Below are positions 24,062 to 37,100 of a stretch of 64,000 nt of DNA, piece by piece. The notes under the pieces are model-generated. The model made no database searches. It was not told the DNA's origin and saw only the letters and a program-made list of their open reading frames with translations. Position 1 is the first letter of the stretch; the number at the start of each line of letters is the position of its first letter. The stretch comes from Ruditapes philippinarum (Eukaryota), in the NCBI RefSeq assembly GCF_026571515.1, contig NW_026858743.1:1-64000 (forward strand). The letters are read 5' to 3'. Position numbers and translations under genes: made by a program.

Positions 24062-25325
24062 TTTATGAGATAAAAAGAATATAAGATTTTTTCTCAAAAT
24101 TAAAAATTGTTTTTATACACTTTAAGTAATATAATTGTTCAACCGTTAAGATATGATAATAAATAATGATGGTAGTGCTTCTTGACCCTCTTATTATATA
24201 ACCCGCACACTTGAACAGATCTTTAAACTTCCTGCTTGTTAAACTAAGTTTTTTGTTGTTGTTTTTTTTTTGTTTCAACGATTGAGGTTAAATTGAATGA
24301 TATATTGAAGACGAGTTTACGTACATCGGTGTTTGGATTTTTTATAGATAATACCTATTTCTTTTTTTTTGGAACAATGAAGCTGAGTTTAAAACTGGTA
24401 CGTAGATACATTTAAAACAATAAATTTAACTTTTCATATATCTTTTTACATCATAAGTTTGGACAGAACTCGGCATACTTTTTTTGCCGTAAATGAAATG
24501 TTTTTATAGGGCTCATTTAAAAGAACTGCTGTTTGAAGGTATAAATTGAGACTGAACTATTTCAAGTATTGTTTTGTTGACAGTGTGTTTGTTTCTTTAG
24601 CTTATTTCAAGTCTATTCCATCTCTGTTCGCAGTTGATGAATACTTTACAACCAGAATTTATGGTATCGGTAATTCGTTATCTCTATCATCACAATGATT
24701 TCTATATATGGATTTTTAATTAGATTTAAATATTTCATTTCGTGAGAATTAACTAGTACATCTTCAGCCGATAAGTTCCGTCGTACTTGACTCTCGTACC
24801 GCGATATTTGTATATAATGATATACATGTATTAATATCTACATATTGTTTATCTAAAGGAACAACTACGTTTATTGATGTTAACATTGTCACATGCCATA
24901 ATGGTACCCTGCATTCATGAAAAACATCCTTACAGTCATCGGTGTATAGAATTATCACCATGTAACCCTGTTTCTTGCAGAAAGGGATATTTCGTACAGT
25001 TGAGCTAAACGCTATAAGCGTATAACTTCAGATTATGAAGTTGCAATTTCGCCTGATTTACTATTATTGTTTATCAATTAAACACTGTCTCTCCAGCTGT
25101 ATCTTTAATACAAGGAATCATCCTATTTATTTATTTATCTATTTATTAATTTATGTACAATTCACAAAATAAATAGTTCGTATTTGATCATATTAAATTG
25201 TACAAATGCATATAAAAAGTAATCAGAATTTTAGTTTAATCTTTATTAAGTTTCTTATCATCACAAGTCTTTCATCTCTTATTTTGTTATTAGCTATCAA
25301 GTAATATATACTTTAAATCCTCTAG

Positions 25326-25424
25326 CTACAGGAACGATGGTGAGGAAACTACCCGCCTATATGACTGACATACTGTTGGGAAAATGCGTAAATTGAAACA
25401 AACAAACAAACAAAACAAAAATTT
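25326..25424 (+). mobile_element. 5'-truncated SINE tail with 10-bp TSD
   Basis: Matches the 3' half of the SINE at 50654-50868; (AAAC)n tail; TSD AATCCTCTAG at 25316-25325 and 25425-25434. Confidence 0.8.
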
Positions 25425-25636
25425 AATCCTCTAGAATGGGTCTGTAATCATGATATCAATAACTTGAGCAAATTTAAATCTGATCCAGGGTGATCTGTTG
25501 TTGAGTTGTAACACCTTGGCCTTGTGATAGACTCGATCCAACCTATACAATGATAAATGAAAACGATCTTACAAATGTGACCGAAGTACCATATCTAAAG
25601 GTGCTAGGGCCAGATTTGCCTGTTGATTAAGGCAAC

Positions 25637-26016
25637 TTGTTTGTTTGTTTGTTTGGATTTTTACTGCACGTCAACACATAACTGGCAATATCGTGCCGAA
25701 TGCTATAATAGTCTTAAAATGTTATGTAAACTTTGTAAATGACAATAAAAATGAGTCAATTAGACTGTAGACTAAATTAACGCTTTCAAATAATCAATGA
25801 TGTTTTTTTATGGAATTGTATTAAAGAGTTCTTTGAGCGAATTTACACAATAAAGTCTTTTACGGGCCTGTGAAAAATCATGACATTCAAGAAGAAAATG
25901 CTTACCAGTAAAATTTTCAATACAAGCTACACAGAAAGGGGCATTGTCAATTGTGAGGAGATAAGAGTGGGTAATTTTAGTGTATCCAATTCGACATCGA
26001 AGAAGAACTGTGACAC
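25637..26016 (-). mobile_element. I-group (I/Nimb-like) LINE 3' end
   Basis: RCRIGYTKITHSYLL...CVAC...KHFLLEC knuckle, (AAAC)n tail; absent at the paralogous site ~55628. Confidence 0.8.
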
Positions 26017-29000
26017 TATTGTATACCTGAGCTTCCATTCATGATATCTCATTCTCATAATCTCTCTTGATCTTTTACTCTTAAAACTCTTAAAACTATT
26101 ATATATGTGCCAAATATTGTCTTTTATTATCTTGTCACAAAGCAAATATTTCACTACGAAGTTGTGTCTGCTAAATATTAAATATATTTAACTAAGACAA
26201 CTCTGATATTTTCAAAATAAACTTAACTGACTATATATTTCAAAATATTGACTGTTAAAATGTTGATTGACCAACAGTTCATATTGGAAAATGTTTTGGA
26301 TAAAATTAAAATGAAAAGACTGTCCCACTCTTTTTATGAACTGAACGTTACAGGTAAATTCTTATGGATATTTACGAAAAAAATGTTTCGATCCATTGTT
26401 AATGTGAAATAATTGTTTATATTGAAAGAAATTATGGCAAAATGAAAACTTATTTTGACTTCCACCTGTTCACTTATTTATACACTTGGGTGGGTATAAT
26501 GTCACTTTGGGATAATGATATAAAATATATGTATCTTTTTGATAATAATATTTTCATAATCAGCGGAATAGTATTCTTCGAACATTTTTAAAGATTCAAT
26601 ATTCAGGTTGTTTAAAATACATATATATTACAGATATATAATTAATTATTTTTACTGCTAAAATAACAAATAAATCTTACATGAAAAACTTTTGCATTTT
26701 TTGTTCTGGCCAATTAAAAATAAAAATAATTGCAGCATATTGCTATGTGAGATAGAAGATTTCAACATCATGCAATCAACTCATTGTTAATTATTTTTTA
26801 AATTATATAATATCATTGAAATCAAAGACACTTGGACTTATGTGAGTGATTTTCCTTCTTGTTTCGCACTTGTATACACCGCGGTTTAATTCATGCCAGA
26901 ATAATTTTCATATTATTACCGGTCTTAAACATCAAACTTGTTTTCCGCTATTTTGACAACGTTAACAAAAAAATCCCCAAAGTATCATTAATTCATGAAT
27001 ATAATAATGTACTCTTTCCTGTGATGTGTAAGGATACGGCGTTAATTTCATCTCGAGTTCCGGCCAAAATTCTATACAAAATAAAACAAGCGCATCTTTT
27101 TGTCATCACATGAATTTGATCCAGCCAATATAATAACCACGTAAATATCGCAGTTGCTTAGCACTCAGCGTAATTACATAAAATGGATATTTAAGCACTT
27201 CCTGTAAAATTATTATCGCAACCAGAATAAAAATCGGGATATATTTTATTTTGATTACCTTAAATCCGCTCTCGACAATATAGATCAGTGGCACGTGTGA
27301 GAGATGGTGATGCCGTATGTTTTCATTCGGCACCGACAACTACCAAGTTTTGTGTTTTCCTGTGAGCTAGCTAATTCGTTATGATTTCGTTAACAAACAT
27401 GTGATATGTTGTGAATAATGTTGTTTGAAACAAAGGTACGATTGGATAGTACTTACATATGCATGTATTTATTTATTAAAAGAATATTTACCTCTACTGA
27501 TTAACACCAGAAAGAAATGGCATGCAATAACATAAATGCTTGAAATTCATATAGGTATGTTATGCTTACATTTCCAGGAAATTGAAGCGTGGGTTAAATA
27601 TAGACTGCTTTAAAACGATATGAAACTTTTTTCAAACTTGTTACCATGTTAGACACTAGACCGTGTCATTCTAATATGAACAAAACATTCATGAAGCAAT
27701 TAAAGATAGTTCTTGTACAAAATATTGGTTTTTAGTTTTTACAGGAGCGAAACAGGCCGGTGTCACAATACATGATTATTACTAAATATAGCTTTGGCTT
27801 TTTTCTGAAATTATCAAATACTTGCAGCATTGATGAATACAATATAAATGTACCCTGTGAAAGTTAAAGTGGGTTTAAAAATATCAACCACTTAAATGTG
27901 TGATACTCTTATATTCACCTAGCATAGTCTTATTTGTGAGACGTCAAGTAGTATTTTACCGCATCAAGAATTCCTTAATAGATTTATACAGTACGAAATG
28001 TAGCTGAAGTAAAGTTGAATGCTCACCGAGTACAATAATTATTATTTTTTACTACATTTAGCATTTATGTAACACCTCATTAATTGCCAATACTCTTTTG
28101 TATACGTGAGTGAACACGTCTCAGATATAAGAGATCGTATCATAACTACAGTAGCTACACATGTACGATATTAACTTTAGTAATGACCAAGTCACAAGGT
28201 ACCATTTTGACTTTTTTCTTTTTACTACATTTCTTCAAAACTTCACAATTTTCGTTTTCGAATTAAACATACAAAATGTATTTTCTTTGATATTTATTGA
28301 TAAAACAGTGAAGTAAAAATATTTTGTTTAATGCAACCCTTTAGTAAATGAGGTGTTTTCAAACTGGCCTTTTCAGGTGAAATACAAAAAGAAAACATTT
28401 AATGGTGTTCCAACTGAGAAGAAATTAACTAAATTTCATGTATCCCATTCTGACAGTTTGATGCTGTTGAAATTAATGCAAAAATGTGCATATAAGTAAA
28501 GGATAGAAATGCTCATGGTATATTTAGAATTTGGTATCGCCTGAATTTGTAGCGTGTTAAGTAAAATAGTATGTTACTGTCGCGAACATCGCAATAATTT
28601 ATAATATTTAATAAATGTTTAGTTTTTTCTTGTGTTAAAGTTAATTATATGATAAACTCATATAATGAATTTACTCAATATGCTTATGTTCTTTTTCATA
28701 TGCAACGGTGTTGTGTGTTGCTGTAAAGTATCCGTTTAGCAACGGTGTAATATACATTAATTTGATATACATATTATTCCGTTCTTATTGTAACGTACAA
28801 TCACCGCCGGTAAACATCTGTTGTTACATCAACGGTGTTTGACTCCGTTGGTCATGTATTTTACGTGTCTTTCATATATTTGGCGGGAAAAGTGATTGTA
28901 TATAAAGGTTTCTTAGTATATGTTAAAGTTAGTTTTTTTATGTATTTAAAACTTTCGGACATGTGGAATTTAAAACTAAAAATTGGATTAAAAATGTGAT

Positions 29001-29040
29001 TTTGGATTATTTACATGAAAAATGGGTCAAAGACAGAAAA

Positions 29041-29849
29041 GGCCGGGTTGCATTTGTACACCAAATATCATGAGGCTGTGATGTTACGAAAAAAAATTTC
29101 CATTGACCCATTAATGTCGAAAATTTAATTCAGTAGGTAAACAGGAAGTGGATTAGCTACACACCTAAAATCAAATCCCACCGTATGGGACCATGTGTCA
29201 ATGCTGTATGCCAAATATCAAGAGGCTGTGATTAGTAGTTTCTGAGAAAAATGTTACGAAAATTTCCTACCATTGACCATTAATGTGAACAGGAAGTGGA
29301 TGAGCGACAGACTTGAAATCGAATCCCACAGTATGGGACCATGTGTCAATGCTGCATGCCAAATATCAAGAGGCTGTGATAAGTAGTAACTGAGAAAACT
29401 GTTACGAAAATTTCCTACCATTGACCTTTAATGTCGAAAAATCTAACTAATTTAACTAAGTGGATAAACAGGAAGTGGATGAGCGACAGACCTTAAATCA
29501 AATCCAACGGTATGGGACAATGTGCCAATGCTGTATGCCAAATATCAAGAGACTGTGATACGTAGTTGTTGAGAAAACTGTTACGAAAATTTCCTACCAT
29601 TGACCATTAATGTCAAAAAATCTAACTAATTTAACTAAGTGGATAAACAGGAAGTGGATGAGGAAAGACCTGAAATCGAATCCCACGGTATGGGACCGTG
29701 TGTTAATGCTGTATACCAAATATCAAGAGGCTGTGAAACGTAGTTGTTGAGAAAACTGTTACGAATTTTTTTCCCCGCCGCCCACCGCCCGCCGCCCGAC
29801 ATTCACCATACTATAACCCGGGTTTGCACCTGTGCAACCCGGCCAAAAA
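29041..29849 (-). mobile_element. HINE-like element with ~179-bp tandem array
   Basis: SubTIRs GGCCGGGTTGCA (29041) / TGCAACCCGGCC (29833-29844), adjacent inverted repeat, CCGC microsatellite, four AGGAAGTGGA-containing units. Confidence 0.75.
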
Positions 29850-31005
29850 TAGAAAAAGTGGATATTAAAAGTAGTCAATCATTTCTTGTTGTTCTTAATT
29901 TTATATAACTTTTTACAGTGTAGCATTTGAAAGCATAAAATTAAAATTTCGCTACAGTTACATATAGAACCCAGAACAGTTACATATAGAACCCAGAAAT
30001 GAGTGAACTAGTGTATGTTACATAGCATATCTTAATCATTGTATATTAAACACTTTTTGAAGTTTATAAATCACAAACATCTAGCCTTGGAAGAATTATG
30101 GAACGCCGTGACTGTCTTCTGTGGTTATTGCTTTTTCTTTCTTGGCAGAATAATAAGGCCTACGGAAATAAGTGATCTCAGGTGTTTTTGCTGGTTACAA
30201 TGGATTCAAATATAACATAATTATACATTAATTTATATTACACAGTTTGTGTTGTATTTTCCTTGATAATTATTGATAAAAATTATTTTCTCGAAACCGC
30301 TTCTAAAATTACAACTTAATTCATAACGACAAAATGACTTCATCAATGCATGCCATTGTAAAGCACACGTCTCATCTCACACCCCAAGCCAGATCAAAAT
30401 CCGGACATTTAAAACATTTAAAAATCTGCAGATGAATCGGGACATTTCGTTATGTCCTAAATTTACTAAATATATATATAAACATTTACTCAATGTTGAT
30501 TGCAATATAATTCCACTAGCTAACTTGATTAAGAATATACATTTTAACATTCGGTTAAATACATTAAATTCAAGGACCTTTGGACCGTAAATATAGAAGC
30601 AAAGATTACAATTTATTTCCTTAAGACTATTTAATTTCCAACTGTCTCTGTTGGTCTTAATTCGGTCTTTGCAGTATTTATTGATTTGTGTCGGTCTATG
30701 TCGGTCTCTGCAATTTTAGTATGATCCCCTTTAACCTTGTTACACCTAGCCGATTATTCTTAATAAGAACTTATCCGGAGACTATCGGAAATAGCCGATA
30801 TGTTGCTCAGAAATTGTTAATGGTCCGTCATTTGAACAAACAAAACTTCAACAGCTGCAACATAACCTCTCGCATGTTTCTTTTTAAAGAAGAAAACTTG
30901 TTTTCATCAGGACTTGGAATTTCTTTTAAAAGAAATAAAAGCATACAATACCCTGATTCGTATATGTAGCTGTAAACTTACGTACATTATTATTATGTTA
31001 TTTGC

Positions 31006-31012
31006 TATATAA
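31006..31012 (+). promoter_or_regulatory. Candidate TATA box of receptor copy B
   Basis: TATATAA ~90 nt upstream of the candidate start codon; weak evidence in AT-rich DNA. Confidence 0.25.
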
Positions 31013-31099
31013 TATGAAAATGATTTTGTTTTGGAAAAGTCATCATGTGGAAAGGTTTACAGATTTTGTTTACAGAAAGAATTTCAAATCAAAGAATTG

Positions 31100-31114
31100 A
31101 TGACGTTTATCGAG
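31100..31114 (+). CDS. Copy B candidate first coding exon (MTFIE)
   Basis: ATG ACG TTT ATC GAG|gtaggt: strong phase-0 donor that completes a signal peptide with the next exon; 2.6 kb upstream, so uncertain. Confidence 0.55.
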
Positions 31115-34100
31115 GTAGGTCTGGTAGTAGCATACTGTTAATAATGATCTCTTGGGCATATCATTTCTTTATCTTGTATGGGTGCGTCATACTCTCATTT
31201 TATTAACAATGTCACTGAATAAATCTTCACTTGAAAATTCCCTCGGAAATTTACATTGTATAACATCGCCTATTAAATTTATCCCTTCACATTTAGAGTT
31301 CATAAAATTAATAATTTGATAATTATTTTAATAATATGCCTTTATTTATTCAATATGTTGCAAACCAGAGTTATACTATGGTGAATGTCGGGCGGCTGGC
31401 GGACGGGAAAAATTTCGTTACATTTTTCTCTGCATTTACTTATCACTATGTAAGGGTATTAACGCAAAAATAAATTCCATCTTGCTTTCTTACGTTACAC
31501 CGTGCTTTCTAACTTGTACATCTTGTATTCTGACTTGTACATCTTGCATTCTGACTTGTACATCTTGCATTCTAACAGTTACATGTTGCTTTCTTACATG
31601 CTCATTATGCTTTCTGCTGTGTGCGTCTTGCTTAACTGTATGTTGATATCATTATTTAATGATCAATTATTATTCTTTTGTTGATCTAGTATACTAATTC
31701 AATAACTTAACCTGCAACTGTTTGTATTTGGGTTTATTTACTCAGATTGAATGACGAATGTCATAAGGTAGAATGACGTATAGCCGAAAGCCGAATGCAG
31801 CAAGCATAATACGACGCGACATCTGGTGTATTAATATGTGACACCCAAATTATGCTAACAGGTGGCGCTACAGTTATATTCTCGGTAAAGTCCGTATTGC
31901 GGTTCGGATTCAGTTTACCAAGTTACGTCCCTTTGTTTTAAAATTTCCATTTCCACTATGGAGCAAATAAGGTAAACATATATACAAAACGATTTAACCA
32001 ATTTTTGTATTTATTACTGAAACTGTGTGGGTCAAATTATATTTCCAGCTGACAATGACAAGTTGCACATTTCCAAATCAATGATTTTAGAATTATTTTT
32101 TTATCAACAAAATAATTATAAAATAGAACAGTTGTTCAAAGTGCTTGGGTATGGAAGGTGATCGATATTCCGGATACTCGTATATTTTCGGTAATTTCCG
32201 TATGGTTCCGTACATGTTTCCGAACTTGCGCCCTCTGTCGTAAAAAAGAGTGTAGTTTGCAACCTGCCTTGTTGTATTGCACACAGTGCGTGCTTCAATG
32301 TAATATTTATACATTAATAATCGATTAACTTAGGTTTCCTTTTTGTACACATTAAATGTAGACAGTTTACGATTATTATAATTAAACTGAACTTATTTTA
32401 GCATCAAACATAAAACATTAACGTAGACAGATTTGAAGTCAAATAACGAACGATCCATGCAATTTAAAGCAAAATGTGCAAGTCATAATGCAAGATGTGC
32501 AAGCCAGAATGCATTGTGTGCATGTCACAATGCAAAATGTTATAGTAAAAATCCAAGATGTACAAGTCAGAAAGCACAGTGTAACGTAAGAAGGCAAGAT
32601 ATAATTTTTGCGTTAATACCCTTCCATATATCACATAAATTTTCGACATTTATGGTCAATGGTAGGAAATTTTCGTAACAGTTTTCTCAGCAACTAGTTA
32701 TCACAGCCTTTTAATATATGACATACAGTATTGACACATGGTCACATACTGTGGGGTTCGATTCAGGTCTGTTGTTCATCCACTTCCAGTTAACTGGGAA
32801 ATTTTCTCAGCAACTTCTTAAAACAGCTTCTTGATATTTGGTATACACCATTAACATGTGGTTTCATACCTTGGGGTAGAAGTTCAGGTATGTTGCCCAT
32901 CCACTTCCTGTTTACCGACATAGTCAAATTTCGAGTGTATGGTACAAACGCTTTGTAGATCAGAATTGTGATTTTTATTTCATTAATTCAAATTTATGGT
33001 ATCCAATTTTCAGTTATTTTTATCTTCAAGTTATTTCTTCATTTGTAAATATGATAAACTGATATCAAAACTCTAGAATTTCAATAAATTACAAGTAAGG
33101 TAAATTAGAATCCCCAGACACACGTTTCATTACAATATAATATTTTCAATGAACAGATATGTCATTAGTTTATAAGTCTTAATTACAAATTCGATAATAC
33201 AATGATAAACATGAAGGTTAAAAACATCTAAACTTCAACGTGAGACGGATGCTTAGCAATTAGGTTAATTCCTCTCAACCCAGGGGTCGTAGGTACAAAC
33301 CCTTCTTGGGTCATAGTTATGTTATCATATCCTACACCATACCTGGCTTATTCTAGGAAGCGGTTTTATATTAGTTCAAATATGTACAAGGCCCTAAATA
33401 ATTTTTAAACTGAAGGGAAAGTAAACAAATGTTATAGATGTTATGAGGAAAATATGTTGAAGCTATTTACCATGGTTTATTATTTAATGTTGTTCGCATT
33501 GAAGAGGGATCAAATCAAAAGTCAAATGAATATATTTAGTTTCAATTTTTTAATTTAAAATAATTTACAGAACCTATTCAATTTTGGTAACTGTTTAAAA
33601 GATTGTAACAAACCACACTTGTTTCAATTCAAAGAATACCGTTACTTATTATCAATTTGTATGGCTTAACTAAACTTAGAAAAGAAGTACATGTAATGTT
33701 TTATTTGTGACGTTGCATAATATATATTTCAGATATTGTATGTATGGTGTATATGGTTAAATGTTAGCAACAACCTGGTAGAAGGAGGTAACTAAATTTA
33801 CATCAGTCTTTATTACAGATAATGTGGTATTTATCTTTGTTAATGGAAAACGTATTTATTCAAGTTAAAAGAAAATAAATATACATGCAGCACGAAAAGG
33901 TGTTGGTAGTGTTACTGAAATATTGTTTTTCTTTCCCGTTATAGAGATTGATGAACAATGTAAAGTAGGTTGTGTATGTTGTATAAATAGAAAATGTGCA
34001 CGGGGAAAATGGTTTTCTAACGAATGTACTCAAGGCTGTATTGATGGTCATAGATCTGCTCGATGTTATGAACTATGTACACACAATTGTACAAAATGCC

Positions 34101-37100
34101 CTGATCGTGCAGATACGTGTACCGCGTGCTATGATGGCTATTACCCCGGCCCTGCTAGAGACTGCACATCAAAGTGTTTACCCGGATGTAAAACATGCAC
34201 GTCAGGAACCACGTGTACATCATGCAAGGAGGGATATAATAATGACAATGGTCGAAATGATTGTAGTAATCGTTACTGTCCTGAAAACTGTAATTGCAAT
34301 AACGGTCAATGTGCATCATGTAAGGACGGATATTACGATACGACTAAAATATGTAATAGTTTATGTCCAGGTAACTGTGTCACGTGTACATCGAATACTA
34401 ATTGTGGATCGTGTAAGGATGGTTATTTTAACAAAAACCTCCCTTTGTTAAACGACTGTACATACAAATGTCGAGATAACTGTGCACGATGTTGGTCCTT
34501 TAATAGTTGCTTGCTTTGTAAAGGTGGTCTTTATGGATCGACGTGCGACAACAGTTGTTCAGTTGGTTGTATGTCAAACACTTGCGATATACTAACTGGA
34601 AGCTGTGCATGTTCTCCTTATTTTGCTGGAGTAAGATGTGACGAATGCATAACCGGAAAATATGGAAATGTTTGCGATCAACAATGTCCTGCAGGGTGTA
34701 AAGCTAACGTGTGTGAAAAAGATTCCGGAGATTGTACAGACGGATGTACTATAGACACGATCGTTGGGGATAAATGTGACCTTTGTTTAACAGGCTGGTA
34801 TGGACAATACTGTAACATATCTTGTCCTGTCGGCTGTAAAAATCAGCATTGCAAGAAAAGTAATGGGGAATGCTCAAATGGGTGTCTTGATAACTTTGTA
34901 GGAAGACATTGCATTCAATGCAAACCTAGCAAATATGGAGAATCATGCCAAAGTGAATGTCCAAATACCTGTGACGAGCAAGGTTGCTTGAAAGATTCCG
35001 GTCATTGTTTTAATTGCAATCACAACTTTGTTGGAGAGACATGTGATAGATGTCGTATTGGCTTTTTTGGTTCATTTTGTTCTGTGACATGCCCATCTAT
35101 TTGTTTATACGGTGTATGTGACAGATATACAGGAACGTGCTCTGATGGCTGTGTCTTCAATTATTCTGGTGACAAATGTTGTATAAATAATAACAACTGT
35201 ATTACATGTTTGTCAGATACTACGTGTAAACAATGTAAGCCTGGATACTTCAATGTCCAATGTGACAAAAAATGTCCTCGGAACTGTCTTAAGTCCTGTC
35301 ATATCGAGACAGGTCTTTGTGACGGTTGCATCGGTTACTTTTATGGTGATAGTTGTAATTTTTCATGTGCCTCTACATGCAAAATTCAAACAACAGGCGG
35401 AAGTTTATGTCAGCAAAGTAATGGAAAGTGCCTATATGGATGCGCAGATGGTTTCCACGGTTTACAATGTTCTGAGAAATGTTCTGTTTATTGCAACGAT
35501 ACACTTTGTGAGCAAGACGACGGCAAATGTACAAAAGGCTGCATAATAAAAGTAAAGAATGACCACATTTGCCCTCTGACACCAGGTAAGATAAATTCAA
35601 AACAGCTCGTTTTTATTCATAAATTCGTTATAAATATATGTTTTTCATTTTTAGTTGTGTTATGTGTTAATGTCATAATATGTCTTCTCTGTAAATTTGT
35701 AATGATGGTGATTATGTTGTTGCGCTGCTAATGATAATGAAAATAATGTTGATGATTATAAGAATAATTCTAACACGACTCGCATTTTTCCCTATTGAAC
35801 ATAGAAGAACAGAAAGTGTGTGTTATTATGCAACAGATGAACAGTTTGACGTTCTATATTTAGACATGTGACGTAATCATTATACACGCGACGTAACCAC
35901 TAAAAATCCGACGCGCTGAAAATAAGTACGGAAACAAATCAGGCGCAATTTTGCTTAGCTATCAAGTACGGCAACATTTATTTGTTGATGTCGTGTTAGA
36001 ATCGAAATAATATATCCAAATTAGTGATTTTATCGCTTGATAACATCACTGTTTGTCGTTCGGATGCGCATCATTATATCACTCGGGCTACGCCCTCGTG
36101 ATATAATTCCTCGCATCCGAACTCCAAACAGTGATGTTATTGAGCGATAAAATCACTGTTTGGGATATATTATTTCTTAAATTTAGTAACTTCGACAACA
36201 ATTATAGACGTTTTTTATGTATAGAAGAAAGTATGCAATGTATGAAAGCCAAATAAAATATAATTATATGTTATGTCTTGATAAATTTATAGAGATACAC
36301 AATGTATGTACTTTTTAATATGTCTTTTATGTAGCACCCTTCTTTTTATAATACGCTTAGATATTATTGTTGATTACCGGTGTATTTTTAGACACAAAGT
36401 CCTCAGAGCATTCAGTAAATACAGCTGCTATATCTCTTGGAACACTTCTTGCAGTGTCAGTTGTTGTTCACATCATATTTGTGGTTACGTTGATTCTCTG
36501 GAAATACCGAAAAAGGTAAAGATTGTGACAATTGTTCTCTTCTGCCTAGATTTTATAATGATATTTAGTGGTTTTATACCTAAATTGTCGGTAAATTAAA
36601 TTATAAACAAATATAATATCTTGGGTTTAAAAGTAGAGTTTGGTCTTTTATAAATAAGTAAAAAATACATTAACATTAAATGATTAGATTTAACAACTTA
36701 TTTATAGCAATTATTTGATATAACGGGCATATTTTTATTATTTCTAAAATATCAGAACAATTCGTCCTTAAACTAATTCGAACTCAATGTCATTCGTACC
36801 AATATTCGACCCATGATCAAAATCTCTTGGATGCTTGATTTCTTCAATTTCAGTAAACGATCATTAAATATAACTACATTATTGGGTATAAATAGAGCTC
36901 AAAGCTGCGGACAATCAGTCTGTGTCCAGCTGCCGAAGTGTCAACATCACAGAAATAATTTATTAACATTTCAGATCAATTACTTGGAATCTTGCACTAT
37001 TTACGAAGTTTATCAATTGCATCAATTAAACATTGCGTTAGGTGTAATTGTTAATACTAAAGTATTGAAAACTCGATATCCAAGTGGTTTAATAAATATA

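Noticed and set aside
31045-31114. Upstream ATG (MWKGLQ...) as the start of copy B
   Set aside because: It reaches the donor in phase 1 and hits a stop in the next exon; at most a uORF.
31233-31242. NF-kB-like site (reverse GGGAATTTTC) in intron 1
   Set aside because: A single imperfect 10-mer, expected by chance, with no paralog in the window to test conservation.
31502-32678. Repetitive ORFs (SDLYILH repeats)
   Set aside because: Translations of the MITE's 21-bp subterminal repeats.
33923-35731. ORF-track 602-aa protein as a complete gene, or naming it MEGF10/Draper
   Set aside because: The TTG start lies in a polypyrimidine tract and the hydrophobic end is intronic. There is no EMI domain or NPxY, so orthology is unsupported.
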